The notes below the pieces were generated by a model that was not told the DNA's origin, did no database searches, and saw nothing but the letters and a program-made list of their open reading frames with translations. A stretch of DNA of 64,000 nt, taken from assembly GCA_963829205.1 (NCBI GenBank), contig CAWHHT010000005.1, positions 774,187-838,186 of the forward strand, read 5' to 3'. Position numbers and translations under genes: made by a program. Origin of the DNA: an uncultured Thermoleophilia bacterium. GTDB lineage: Bacteria > Actinomycetota > Thermoleophilia > UBA2241. This document shows positions 48,943-58,987 of the stretch, piece after piece; positions within the stretch are counted from its first letter, which is position 1, and each line of letters begins with the position of its first letter.

Positions 48943-49884
48943 ATGACGATCGAGCTCACATCATCCGGCGCGGGCGGGCGCCCCGAGCTCCCCGCGCCGG
49001 CGAGCGAACTCATCGACCGGCGCTACTCCTGCCGCACGTACCTGGAGCAGCCCATCGCGGACGCGGACAAAGCTCGGCTGGGCGAGTTCCTGGCAAGCCG
49101 CACCGCCGGTCCGCTCGGCTCGCAGGCACGATTCGGGCTCATCGCGGCGGCGCCGGACGACCGCCAGGCTCTCCGGCGCCTCGGCACGTACGGGTTCATC
49201 AAGGGCGCGACCGGCTTCATCGTCGGCGCCGTGCGGCGAGCGCCCAAGGACCTCGAGGACTACGGTTACCTCCTCGAGGAGGTCATCCTCGCCGCCACCG
49301 GCATCGGGCTCGGCACGTGCTGGCTGGGCGGCACCTTCACGCGAAGCACCTTCGTGCGCCGCTTCGGCGGCCTGAAGCGCGGCGAGACGATGCCGGCCGT
49401 CGTGTCCACGGGCTACATCGGCGACGACGGCACCGAGCGCATCCGCGAGCGTGAGCAGGGCGGCCGCCGCTTCCCGCCCGGTGAGCTGTTCTTCGAAGGC
49501 GAATGGGGCGAGCCGATGGCGAGCACGCCGGCGGATCGGTACGCCGGCGGCGGCCGCTACGCCGCCGCGCTCGAGGCGGTGCGCATGGCTCCGTCCGCGA
49601 CCAACAAGCAGCCCTGGCGCATCGTGCGCACCCCGCTCCCCGGCGGCGGGCACGACTGGCACTTCCACCTGGTGCGCACCAAGGGGTACGGCAAGGGCAG
49701 TGCGCTCTTCACGGTGCTGCGCATCGCCGATCTGCAGCGCGTCGATCTGGGCATCGCGATGTGCCACTTCGAGCTGGTCGCGCGCGAGTCCGGCCTCGAT
49801 GGGAGCTGGGTCGTGGCCGATCCCGAGCTCCGACCCCCCGGCCCCGGCGTCGAGTACTCCGCGACCTGGCGAGAGACTGGTTGA
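48943..49884 (+). CDS. Nitroreductase family protein
   Basis: Motifs RRYSCR, GLGTCWLGG, APSATNKQPWR and DLGIAMCHF. Confidence 0.85.
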   Translation: MTIELTSSGAGGRPELPAPASELIDRRYSCRTYLEQPIADADKARLGEFLASRTAGPLGSQARFGLIAAAPDDRQALRRLGTYGFIKGATGFIVGAVRRAPKDLEDYGYLLEEVILAATGIGLGTCWLGGTFTRSTFVRRFGGLKRGETMPAVVSTGYIGDDGTERIREREQGGRRFPPGELFFEGEWGEPMASTPADRYAGGGRYAAALEAVRMAPSATNKQPWRIVRTPLPGGGHDWHFHLVRTKGYGKGSALFTVLRIADLQRVDLGIAMCHFELVARESGLDGSWVVADPELRPPGPGVEYSATWRETG

Positions 49885-49964
49885 GGCGGGAACGCAAGAA
49901 CGCCTGAAGCGCAGCCGCCCGTGCTACGATGCTGGCAGCATCAGCAGCCGAGGGGACTGCGGCG

Positions 49965-52274
49965 ATGTCGGAGACCACGATCGATTCCAGTCAGGACCGC
50001 CCGGCGGACGGGCTCGCGAGCGCACATCCGTCACCCGTGCGATGGGACGAGCTCGAGCAGCAGGTGCTCGGTGCCCGGCCGCTCGGCTCACGGCTACGGC
50101 CGCCCCTGGCGCAGGTCCCCCTCGTCCACCGCGAAACGCTGGTCGCTTCGCTCCTCCAGGAGCGGCGGCCGCTTGTCGTGATCACCGCGCCCGCCGGCTA
50201 CGGCAAGAGCACCGCCCTCGCCCAGTGGCTGGCGGAGGATCCGCGGCCGAGCGCGTGGCTACAGCTCGACGAGGCAGACAACGATCCGGTCGTCCTGCTC
50301 GCGTATCTCGGCCTTGCGCTTGGGCAAGTGGCGCCTCTTGACCCCGCCGTCCTGGACCTTCTGCGACTGCGGACGCCGCCTGTAGACGAGCGGATCGTGC
50401 CGGCGATGGCGGCCGCCATGGAGGCCGCGGAGCCCTTCCTCCTGGTGCTCGACGACTCACATCTGCTCGGCAGCGCCGAGTGCTGGAGGCTGCTCGGCGT
50501 CCTGCTCGAGGAACTGCCTCCCGACGCCCAGGTCGCCTTGGGCACGCGGGCCGACCCGCCGCTGCCGCTCGGACGGCTGCGCGCCGCGGACCGGCTGGCG
50601 GAATATGACCTTGCCGACCTCGCCCTGGATCGCCGGGAGACCCGAGAGCTGCTGCGCCTGCACGACATCACGCTCGGCCCGGCGGAGATCGACGAGCTGC
50701 TCGCCGTCACGGAAGGCTGGGCCGCGGGACTGCGCCTCGCTCTGCTCGCCGGCCAGGGAAGGCCGGCCGCGGACTGGCTCCCAGACGTCCGCGGCGACCA
50801 GCACGCTATCGCCGCCTACCTCGCCGAGGAGGTCCTCGACCGGCAGCCGGCGGAGCTGCGGCACTTCCTGCTCCGCACATCGATCCTGGACAGGCTGTCG
50901 CCCTCCCTCTGCCACGCGGTGACCGGCGACGACCAGGCGGCCGAGCACCTCGCCACGCTGGTGCGCGAAAACCTCTTCGTCACGGCGATGGACGACCGCG
51001 ACGAGTGGTACCGCTACCACCATCTCTTCGCCGACCTGCTCGCCGCGCTGGAGCGCCGGCGGGCGCCGGACGAGCTGCCGGGCCTGCATCGGCGAGCGGC
51101 CAGATGGCACGAGGAGCACGGTGACGGCGAACGCGCCGTGCGCCACTGGCTTGCCGCCGGCGACGCCGCGGCGGCGGCCTGGCCGGCCTTCTGCGCGTCC
51201 TACGACCTCGCTGCCCGCGGGCAGGTCGCAGGCGCGCGCCGAGTGCTGGATTCGTTCACCGACGAGCAACTTTCGGAGCACCTCGCGCTCACGATGGGAG
51301 CGGGCTGGCTCTACGGCACGATCATCGGCGACCCGGTCAAGGGAGAGCGCTGGCGCCGGGCCGCCTGCACCGTGCCGACCGGCGACGAGCTCATGCCGGA
51401 CGGCTACATGTCGTGGCGCGGGTACCAGGCCGGCCTGCGTTCCCTCCTGGCGCCGGACGGCGTCACGCATATGCTCGCCGACGCCCAGCTCTCTCTCGAC
51501 TGCCAGCGTCGGTTCGGCCGAGACACCGCTGAGCCGCTGCGGGTGCTCGGCGTGGCGGAGTACCTGTGCGGACACCCCAAGCGCGCGGCCGCTCACTTGC
51601 GCGACGTGGCCGCCATGCACGAGGCCGACTGCATGTCCTACGCGCTGGCGTTCCTCTCGCTCATTGCCGCCGACGAGGAACGCTGGGACGACGCGGCACG
51701 GCTCGACGCCGAGGCACTGGCGCTGACGCCGTCCATGACGCTCGACCTCTCGCCCGGGATGTACCTGGCGATGCCCATGCTCCTCGCGCACGCGCGCGTG
51801 CTCGCGAGGAGCGGCGCGCCGGAGGCCGCGGCCGTCATCGCCCGGACCGAAACCTACCTGGCAGACATGGTCCCGCAGGTCCCGTGGCGCCTCGTCCTCA
51901 TCCAGGTCGTGCTCGGCGAGGCGCAGCTCCTGCGTGGCGAGATCGCCGAAGCCGAGCGCTGGGCCCGCCGCGCCGAGGCCACCCTCGTCACGTTCCCCGA
52001 CCCCGGGATGCTGCGCGGGCGCACGCGGAGACTGCGAGAGGCCCTGGAAGAGAGACGCCTGACCGATCCGCTCACCGCGGCCGAGCGCCGGGTGCTCGAC
52101 CTGCTCCCGACACAGCTCACCGCCACGCAGATGGCGGCGCGCCTGTTCGTGAGCCAGAACACCGTGAAGTCCCACCTGAAGAGCATCTACGCCAAGCTCG
52201 GCGTGAAGACGCGCACCGGCGCCGTCGAGCGGAGCCGCGAGCTCGGGCTGTTGAGCCCAGACGGCGACAGCTGA
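49965..52274 (+). CDS. MalT-like LuxR family regulator
   Basis: Motifs APAGYGKST, TEGWAAGL and YRYHHLF; C-terminal LuxR HTH. Confidence 0.9.
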   Translation: MSETTIDSSQDRPADGLASAHPSPVRWDELEQQVLGARPLGSRLRPPLAQVPLVHRETLVASLLQERRPLVVITAPAGYGKSTALAQWLAEDPRPSAWLQLDEADNDPVVLLAYLGLALGQVAPLDPAVLDLLRLRTPPVDERIVPAMAAAMEAAEPFLLVLDDSHLLGSAECWRLLGVLLEELPPDAQVALGTRADPPLPLGRLRAADRLAEYDLADLALDRRETRELLRLHDITLGPAEIDELLAVTEGWAAGLRLALLAGQGRPAADWLPDVRGDQHAIAAYLAEEVLDRQPAELRHFLLRTSILDRLSPSLCHAVTGDDQAAEHLATLVRENLFVTAMDDRDEWYRYHHLFADLLAALERRRAPDELPGLHRRAARWHEEHGDGERAVRHWLAAGDAAAAAWPAFCASYDLAARGQVAGARRVLDSFTDEQLSEHLALTMGAGWLYGTIIGDPVKGERWRRAACTVPTGDELMPDGYMSWRGYQAGLRSLLAPDGVTHMLADAQLSLDCQRRFGRDTAEPLRVLGVAEYLCGHPKRAAAHLRDVAAMHEADCMSYALAFLSLIAADEERWDDAARLDAEALALTPSMTLDLSPGMYLAMPMLLAHARVLARSGAPEAAAVIARTETYLADMVPQVPWRLVLIQVVLGEAQLLRGEIAEAERWARRAEATLVTFPDPGMLRGRTRRLREALEERRLTDPLTAAERRVLDLLPTQLTATQMAARLFVSQNTVKSHLKSIYAKLGVKTRTGAVERSRELGLLSPDGDS

Positions 52275-52428
52275 CCGGCGGCCGGCGCCCTCGGACTGAG
52301 GCGGCCGAGAATCACACGTTTGGTGTGAGGCGCGGGGATGCCTCCACAAGCAAGACTCATCGCGACAGACGCGGCACGACGGCCCTCGCGGGGTCGCGCC
52401 GCTGGCCACCGCGCCCAGAGGGGGAACC

Positions 52429-53505
52429 ATGAAACGTCTGCTCGTCCTGACCGCGGCGGGAGCACTGCTGCTCCTGCTCCTCGCCGCCGGAGACGCGGGA
52501 GCCACTCCCGCCGCGGCGACCTTCACGCCCAGCCTCGTCAAGGCGTTCTCGGCCGGCCAGTACGGCTCCTTCGCCGAAGGCATGGCCGCCGACAGCCACG
52601 GTGCGCTGTGGGTCTCGCTGACGGCTTGGGGCCTCTACGACGACAGCGTCGACCCGCCGCGGACGACATCCAACGTCGGGCAGCTCTGGAAAGTCACCCC
52701 CACCGGCCACGCGAGGCTCAAGGCCACCGTGGACCTCACCGACTACGGGATGCTCCTCGGCGTCGCGGTCCGTCATGATCACGTCTTCGTGGCACTCTTC
52801 GACGGGGGATCGGGCGCCATTCCCAACGGCGTCTACCGCCTCCGCGGCGGCAAGCTCTCCCAGGTCGTGTCGCTGCCTGAAGGCGCCTGGCCCAACGGCA
52901 TCGCCTTCCACGGCCGCCACCTCTACATCACCGACAGCGCCGGCGGGGCCGTATGGCGGGCTCGGGTGGGCAACGGCGTGACCAGCGTCACCAGGCCCTG
53001 GGTGCAGGACGCCCTGCTGGCGCCGGGCGACCCGTCGACTGATCCGACGAAGTCCGGCATCGGGGTCAACGGGATCGCCTTCCGCGGCGGTCACGCGTAC
53101 GTCAGCGTGGCGGACGGCGCCCGCATCGTGCGCATCGGCGTCCGCAAGGATGGCCGGCGCGGGTCGCTCAGGACGGTCTCTCAGCGGCCGGCGCTCCTGA
53201 CCGCCGACGGCATCGCGTTCGACGCCGCCGGACGCCTGTGGATCACCACCAACCATGGCACGCAGGGGGCGGCCGTGAGCGGTGGTCTGCTCCGGCTCTC
53301 GTCCAAGGGCGTGCTCAGGACCGTCGCCGACGATCCCGGCTGGCTCAACTACCCGACGACGCCGGTGTTCGGCGCCACGAGGCACACCCACAAGACCCTG
53401 TTCGTGGAAAACGGCGCCTACTTCGACTTCATCCCCGGCGGGGACGGCACGCACCCGGACGTCCAGGCGCTGCACGTCGGCGTCCCTGGACTGCCATTGC
53501 GTTAG
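52429..53505 (+). CDS. Secreted beta-propeller protein (SMP-30/gluconolactonase-like)
   Basis: Signal peptide and repeated NGIAF/DGIAF blades. Confidence 0.75.
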   Translation: MKRLLVLTAAGALLLLLLAAGDAGATPAAATFTPSLVKAFSAGQYGSFAEGMAADSHGALWVSLTAWGLYDDSVDPPRTTSNVGQLWKVTPTGHARLKATVDLTDYGMLLGVAVRHDHVFVALFDGGSGAIPNGVYRLRGGKLSQVVSLPEGAWPNGIAFHGRHLYITDSAGGAVWRARVGNGVTSVTRPWVQDALLAPGDPSTDPTKSGIGVNGIAFRGGHAYVSVADGARIVRIGVRKDGRRGSLRTVSQRPALLTADGIAFDAAGRLWITTNHGTQGAAVSGGLLRLSSKGVLRTVADDPGWLNYPTTPVFGATRHTHKTLFVENGAYFDFIPGGDGTHPDVQALHVGVPGLPLR

Positions 53506-53514
53506 GAGGCCGCC

Positions 53515-53949
53515 GTGGATCTTAGTGACTGCACGGAGTTCGCCGCCCAGCACCCGATCTGCTTCCTCGCCACGCAGGATGGCGACCAGCCACGGGTGCG
53601 GCCGCTCCTCTTGTGGTTCGCCGACGTGCGCGGCTTCTACTTCATGACCATGTCGCCCAAACGCTTCTGCCGGCAATTGCACGAGAATCCCAAGGTGGAG
53701 GTGTGCTTCTACAACGGAGCCGGCGAATTGCCCGCAGCGAGGATGATGAGGGTGACGGGACTGGTGGAGTTCGTGGACGACCCCGGCCTCGTGACCAGGG
53801 TCGCCGAGGAGCGGGCGGCGCTGGAGGGGATCATCGGCCGTCCCCTGCTGCCCATCACCGAAGTGTTCAGGATCCCATCCGGCGAGGCCTGGTTCTGGAC
53901 GCTGAACGACATCCTCAAGGAGTCCGAGCTCCAGCGAGTAGGCTTCTGA
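53515..53949 (+). CDS. Pyridoxamine 5'-phosphate oxidase family protein
   Basis: Motifs FLAT.DGDQPRVRP and QLHENPKVEVCF. Confidence 0.8.
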   Translation: MDLSDCTEFAAQHPICFLATQDGDQPRVRPLLLWFADVRGFYFMTMSPKRFCRQLHENPKVEVCFYNGAGELPAARMMRVTGLVEFVDDPGLVTRVAEERAALEGIIGRPLLPITEVFRIPSGEAWFWTLNDILKESELQRVGF

Positions 53950-53993
53950 GGGCGTCGCGCGAGCCGCGCCTCTCCGCGTGGCTCGGCACGGTC

Positions 53994-54033
53994 GGATGGA
54001 GCGGGCGGGCCTCCCGGCCCGCCCGCTCCATCC
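53994..54033. terminator. 18-bp perfect stem-loop
   Basis: ggatggagcgggcgggcc-tccc-ggcccgcccgctccatcc. Confidence 0.65.
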
Positions 54034-54042
54034 TCCCGTGAG

Positions 54043-54056
54043 CGAACATCTGTTCG
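54043..54056. promoter_or_regulatory. LexA (SOS) box
   Basis: CGAAC-ATCT-GTTCG, a perfect Gram-positive consensus upstream of a repair helicase. Confidence 0.85.
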
Positions 54057-54113
54057 CATCCGTCCGCTCCGGGTGATACGGTGCGCGCGACGGTACCGAA
54101 CAGGAGTTCGCCC

Positions 54114-56255
54114 ATGCTCGCCGACCTCGATCCCGAGCAGCTCGCCGCCGCCTCACACGGCGATGGCCCGCTGCTCATCGTCGCCGGCGCGGGCACCGGC
54201 AAGACGGCCACGCTGGTGCACCGCGTCGCGCACCTCATCGCCGGCGGCGCGGACCCGCGGCGCATCTTGCTGCTCACGTTCACGCGCCGCGCCGCCGCCG
54301 AGATGCTGCGGCGCGTCGACGCCCTCCTGGCCGAGACGGCCGCTCGCGCCGGCGCATCGGGCGGTTCGGGCGCTGACGGGATCAGCGCCGGCGCATCGGG
54401 CGCCTCCGGGGCATCGGGCGCCTCCGGCAGCGCCGGCCTCGCCGTGCTCGGCCGCCAGCGCCTTCAGGAGCGCGTCTGGGGCGGCACGTTCCACGCCATC
54501 GCCGCGCGCCTGCTGCGCGTGCACGCACGCGATATCGGTCTGCAGCCGGACTTCACCATCCTGGACCGTGGCGACGCCGAGGACCTCATGCACGTCGCCC
54601 GCACGGCGCTCGGCGTCGGCCGCAACGGCACGCGCTTCCCGCAGAAGTCAACGTGCCTCGACGTGTACTCGCGCTGCGTCAATGCGCAGCTGCCGCTGCC
54701 GGAGGTGCTGCGCACCGCGTTCCCGTGGTGCGAGCCGGCGGAGGCGGGGCTCGCACAGCTCTTCGCGCGCTATACGGACAGCAAGGAGGAGCAGCAGGTC
54801 CTGGACTACGACGACCTCCTCCTCTTCTGGCGCGGTCTGCTTGCGGACCCGGTCGCCGGCGCTCGCGTCCGCGAGCGTTTCGACTACGTCCTCGTCGACG
54901 AGTTCCAGGACACCAACGCTCTGCAGGCGGACATCGTGTCTCTCCTGCGCCCCGACGGCAGCGGCGTCACCTGCGTCGGCGACGACGCCCAGGCCATCTA
55001 CAGCTTCCGTGCCGCGACGGTGCGCAACATCCTCGACTTCGGCGAGCGGTTCCCCGGCGCGGACATCGTCACCCTCACGCGCAACTACCGCTCCACGGCG
55101 CCGATCCTCACGGCCACCAACGCGGTGATCGCCGAGGCGGCCGAGCGCTACGACAAGGAGCTCTGGACGGGTCGCGAGGGTGGCGGCCGCCCGCTCCTGG
55201 TCACCTGCCGCGACGAGGACGAACAGACAGAGTACCTCTGCGAGCGCATCCTCGAGCACCGAGAGCAGGGCACCCCGCTCACGCACCAAGCCGTGCTCTT
55301 CCGCGCCCAGCATCACTCCATGGGTCTCGAGATGGAGCTCTCGCGGCGCAACATCCCCTTCCACAAATACGGCGGCCTGCGCTTCGTGGAGATGGCGCAC
55401 GTCAAGGACCTCGTGTCGTTCCTGCGTCTTGCTGAGAACCCGCGCGACGCCATGGCCTGCCTGCGCGTCCTCGGGCTCGTGCCCGGAATCGGCCCCAAGA
55501 CGGCGGCGGCGCTCGGCGACGCCCTCGCCGCCGCCGGCGGCGCCTTCCAGGAAGCGTGGGCTGGCGTCCGCGTGCCCGAGCCCGCGCGCGCGGCCTGGCC
55601 GGCGGTCGTCGAACTGTTCCGCACGCTCGCCGCCGCCGGTCCCGGCGACGTGGCCACGCAGGTGCACGCTGTGCGCAGCGTCTACGGCCCCCTGCTCGAG
55701 CGCCGCTACGACAACGTCCAGGCGCGCCTGCGCGACCTCGAGCAGATCGAGTCGCTCGCCTCGCGCGCCGCCGACCGTGCCCAGTTCCTCGCCGAGCTCG
55801 TGCTCGACCCGCCGGCGTACACGCAGGAGCTCGCCGGCCCGCCGCTCCTGGACGAGGACTACCTCATCCTCTCCACCATGCACTCGGCCAAAGGTCTCGA
55901 GTTCGACGTCGTGTATGTCATGCACGCCGCCGACGGCAACATCCCGTCGGACATGGCCACCGGCAGCAGCGAGGAGATCGAGGAGGAGCGGCGTCTGCTC
56001 TACGTAGCCTGCACGCGCGCCCGCGAGCAGCTCTACATCACGCACCCGCTGCGCTACTACACGCAGCCGTGGGCCAAGGCCGACAGGCACGGCTACGCGC
56101 AGCGCTCCCGCTTCCTCGGGCCGGCGGTGGTGCGGCATTTCACGGAGGTCCAGGCCCGGCCGGACGACGGCCGGCCGGAGACGGCGAGCGGCGAGGGCGA
56201 CGCGAGCACCACCTCGGCGGCGATCCGCGCCGGTATCCGCTCGCTCTGGGCTTAG
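54114..56255 (+). CDS. UvrD/PcrA-like SF1 DNA helicase
   Basis: Motifs AGAGTGKT, VDEFQD, GDDAQAIYSFR, TMHSAKGLEF and EERRLLYVACTRA. Confidence 0.92.
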   Translation: MLADLDPEQLAAASHGDGPLLIVAGAGTGKTATLVHRVAHLIAGGADPRRILLLTFTRRAAAEMLRRVDALLAETAARAGASGGSGADGISAGASGASGASGASGSAGLAVLGRQRLQERVWGGTFHAIAARLLRVHARDIGLQPDFTILDRGDAEDLMHVARTALGVGRNGTRFPQKSTCLDVYSRCVNAQLPLPEVLRTAFPWCEPAEAGLAQLFARYTDSKEEQQVLDYDDLLLFWRGLLADPVAGARVRERFDYVLVDEFQDTNALQADIVSLLRPDGSGVTCVGDDAQAIYSFRAATVRNILDFGERFPGADIVTLTRNYRSTAPILTATNAVIAEAAERYDKELWTGREGGGRPLLVTCRDEDEQTEYLCERILEHREQGTPLTHQAVLFRAQHHSMGLEMELSRRNIPFHKYGGLRFVEMAHVKDLVSFLRLAENPRDAMACLRVLGLVPGIGPKTAAALGDALAAAGGAFQEAWAGVRVPEPARAAWPAVVELFRTLAAAGPGDVATQVHAVRSVYGPLLERRYDNVQARLRDLEQIESLASRAADRAQFLAELVLDPPAYTQELAGPPLLDEDYLILSTMHSAKGLEFDVVYVMHAADGNIPSDMATGSSEEIEEERRLLYVACTRAREQLYITHPLRYYTQPWAKADRHGYAQRSRFLGPAVVRHFTEVQARPDDGRPETASGEGDASTTSAAIRAGIRSLWA

Positions 56256-56352
56256 GCGGTCCGGCAGCCCGCGCCCCATCCGCCGTCCGCCGCCGCCTCT
56301 CCCTCCGCGCGCCGCGTCTCCCTCCGCCCGCCGCCTCTCCCTCCGCCCCCGG

Positions 56353-56528
56353 CGGATCGCCAGGTCGCGAGTACGGACGGTCGACTCACGACGACTAGCG
56401 GTTTTCGGTCTCGCTGCAAGGGACCGTCAACTCCTTGGTTGACATCAGCCACGTTCGGTGGCCGAAACCCGCCAGAGACCGTGAGCCTCGGTTGGAGCAA
56501 TGCACCCCCGGTCAGCCCCGACGGTCCG
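56353..56528 (-). ncRNA. Candidate structured ncRNA (~176 nt, 6S/Ms1-like rod with a branched top)
   Basis: Four nested stems plus three apical hairpins. Seven plus-strand A-C appositions become G-U pairs on the minus strand. Confidence 0.55.
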
Positions 56529-56552
56529 GCCCGCCTCACATATGATTGGCAC

Positions 56553-57089
56553 ATGACGCAGCGCAAGGTCATCGCCGCCCAGAACGTCAGCCGGATGTGC
56601 CTCGTGTGCGGGGTCGAGAACCCGTGGGGCCTCCACGGCCGCTTCTACGTGCTCGAGCCGGCCGACGCCGCCGGGCCGGCCGACTCAACGACGCCTGAGC
56701 TCCTCGGCGTCTTCTCCCTGCGCGAGGAGCATCAGAGTTACCCCGGCCGCCTGCACGGGGGCATCGCCAGCGCGATCCTGGACGAGACCATCGGCCGCGC
56801 GATCACCATCGCCGCTCCCGGAGTCTGGGGCGTCACGGCAGACCTCAGGGTGCGCTTTCGCAGGCCGCTGCCGGTGAGCGGCGAGCTGCGCTGCGTGGGA
56901 CGCATCACACGCGACACCCGCCGCCTGTTCGAGGGTACCGGCGAGATCCTCCTGGGCGACGGCACCGTCGCCGCCGAGGCGACCGGCAGGTACCTCAAGA
57001 TGAGCCTCGGCGAGATCACCGACGATGACTTCGACCAGCGCGATTGGCTCGAGGACGAGCGCGACGCGCCGGAGTCAGTCGACGTCTAG
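56553..57089 (+). CDS. PaaI family thioesterase
   Basis: Motifs CLVCG.EN and HGGIASAILDE. TATGAT lies 6 nt before the ATG, suggesting a leaderless transcript. Confidence 0.85.
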   Translation: MTQRKVIAAQNVSRMCLVCGVENPWGLHGRFYVLEPADAAGPADSTTPELLGVFSLREEHQSYPGRLHGGIASAILDETIGRAITIAAPGVWGVTADLRVRFRRPLPVSGELRCVGRITRDTRRLFEGTGEILLGDGTVAAEATGRYLKMSLGEITDDDFDQRDWLEDERDAPESVDV

Positions 57090-57868
57090 GCCGCGCTCCT
57101 CGCCGCCCTTCGCTCGGCGTCGTTCAGGAACTGCTCCAGCCGTTCGTTGAACGGCGCCCCCACGCGCTGCACGCTGTGGCCGGCGCCGGGGATGACCGCC
57201 CGCTCCGCCCAGAGGCCCGCCTGCAGCGCGTCGCAGATGCGGTCGAACACGGGGCTGTGAGCACCGGAGACGACGAGCTTGGGGAACGGGGCGCGCCGTA
57301 GCGGGCTGAGCGGGATGCGCGCCTCGGCCGGGTCCCGTTGGTTCATCAGCAGGCGCGCGTTCTGGTCGAGCTGCGGTGGCAGCGGGCTCGGCAGCGACGC
57401 CGACGAGCCCGCGCGCTCGAGGAAGCCGCGCAGGAAGGCCTCCGGCTCGCGCGGCCCATCGGCCCAGTACTTCTGCATGTCGGTCGCGAACCTGAAGACG
57501 CCCGGATCCTCGATGGCCACGCCCATGGCCGGAGGCTCGATCACCGTGAGCGAGCGCACCGCCTCCGGCCTCCGCGCGGCCGCCAGGAGCGCGACCACGC
57601 CGCCGTAGGAGCTGCCCACGAGGTGCATGCCCTCCCCTCCCTGGCCGAGCAGCTCGGCGACGTCCTCGGCGTCGGCTTCGAAGTCCTCCTCCACCGCAGG
57701 CGGGTTCGGGTAGTAGCCACGACGGTCGAGCACGACCAGCCGCCAGCGCTCGGCGAGCGGCCGCTGCTCCGCCCAGCTCGCCGCTCCACCCATCACGCTC
57801 CCGTGCACGAGCAGCACCTGCTGCCCGTCGTCTCCCCATCGCTCCACGTGCAGATCGGCACCGGACAT
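57086..57868 (-). CDS. Alpha/beta hydrolase
   Basis: Motifs LVHG, GSSYGG and GAGH. Confidence 0.85.
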   Translation of the reverse strand: MSGADLHVERWGDDGQQVLLVHGSVMGGAASWAEQRPLAERWRLVVLDRRGYYPNPPAVEEDFEADAEDVAELLGQGGEGMHLVGSSYGGVVALLAAARRPEAVRSLTVIEPPAMGVAIEDPGVFRFATDMQKYWADGPREPEAFLRGFLERAGSSASLPSPLPPQLDQNARLLMNQRDPAEARIPLSPLRRAPFPKLVVSGAHSPVFDRICDALQAGLWAERAVIPGAGHSVQRVGAPFNERLEQFLNDAERRAARSAA

Positions 57869-57957
57869 GTCGTCTCACCTCTGCTGAGTCGTGGAGGTTG
57901 CTCTCGCGTCCATTGTCCCCCGACGCGCGAACGCTACGCGCTGAGCGAAGCCGGGAA

Positions 57958-57989
57958 CGCGAAGGGGCGCCTCCCGGCGCCCCTTCGCG
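57958..57989 (-). terminator. Stem-loop downstream of the cytochrome gene
   Basis: cgcgaaggggcgcc-tccc-ggcgccccttcgcg (GGGA loop on the minus strand). Confidence 0.65.
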
Positions 57990-58017
57990 ACAGTGCTCAG
58001 ACTCTGGATCGAGTCTG

Positions 58018-58765
58018 TCACTTCACCTTGAAGTTCATGAAGGCGGACTTGCCGGCACTTACGCCGGTCGCTGCCTTGGTGCTCGCCTGCATACGGAAGC
58101 TACCCTTGGTCGTCGTCTTGTAGGAGAAGCTCCAAGCGCTGGATGCGGTGGCCGTCGCGGCCTTCGTGAGCGACCTTGACCCACTTGGTGCCGCTCTTCT
58201 TCTGCACGACGACGGTGACCTTGCCGATGCGCGGCCGGGAACGCGAGTCCGCTCGCCTTGATCGACTTCTTCACTTTGACGGCGCTCGCGCTCAGCTTGG
58301 CCGTGAACACGGGCTTGGCGGTGACGCTGGCCACGTGATGAGGGCTGGTGCCGGGATTCGTCGAGGAGACAGTCGTGCCGTGGCACGTGAGGCACGTGTT
58401 GTAGCCGTTGTACCGACGTGCGGCGCCGCGGTACCAGTAGTGTGGCAGCCGGTCGCGGCTGTGCCACACCCAGCTTGGGTCTTGATGGCCGACATGTCTT
58501 GGCCGGGCGTGTGGCAGCCCCAGCAGGTACCGTCAGCCTTGGTGCCGGCCACGTTGAGCGCAGTGAAGCCGCCGGTGTGGCACGAACTCGTGCACGCGGT
58601 GTTCGTAGGTGTGGCCGAACCGCGTGTGGCAGTTGGCGCACGCCGTGTGCAGTCCAGCCCGGTCTCGCGAGCCGCCGGTCCGGCAACCACCGCAAAGACG
58701 CCCACTGCGACGACCGCGACGAGCAGCACCAGCCCGATGCGCCTTGCCGTGAATCTCTTCCCCAT
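58018..58765 (-). CDS. Secreted multiheme cytochrome c with an Ig-like tail (several frameshifts)
   Basis: Signal/TM segment, then CANCH, CTSSCH, CWGCH, CGTAATGCH and CLTCH across frames; Lys/Thr-rich beta-type C-terminus. Confidence 0.7.
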
Positions 58766-58840
58766 GTGACCTCCCACGGTCAGCGGTCCGACCAATCTCA
58801 GCGAGACTGGCCAGCTTTCGAGCTCTTGAAGCGCACTTTA

Positions 58841-58858
58841 TCGTGAACGCTCTCACAA
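58841..58858. promoter_or_regulatory. Rex- or CRP-type operator
   Basis: TCGTGAA-CGCT-CTCACAA has 2 mismatches to Rex TTGTGAA-N4-TTCACAA and also fits GTGA-N6-TCAC. Confidence 0.55.
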
Positions 58859-58987
58859 GCGCTACCCGCTCGACTGTTCCAGCCGTTCATCCTGCGTTCA
58901 TCTTCCGTGGCAATACCGCGTCAGGAACGCAAGCGAGTTCGGAGCGCCGGGCCCGACGAAAGGGGGCCCGGCGCAGAGAGGAGCACG

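Noticed and set aside
56260-56350. C-rich low-complexity tract after the helicase
   Set aside because: It has no regular period or coding signal. It may form G-rich structure on the minus strand, but this cannot be supported further.
56395-56475. tRNA or hammerhead ribozyme reading of the cloverleaf
   Set aside because: There is no T-loop or D-loop consensus and no proper anticodon arm. CUGAUG and GAAA occur on the minus strand, but the CUGANGA core is incomplete and an extra hairpin intervenes.
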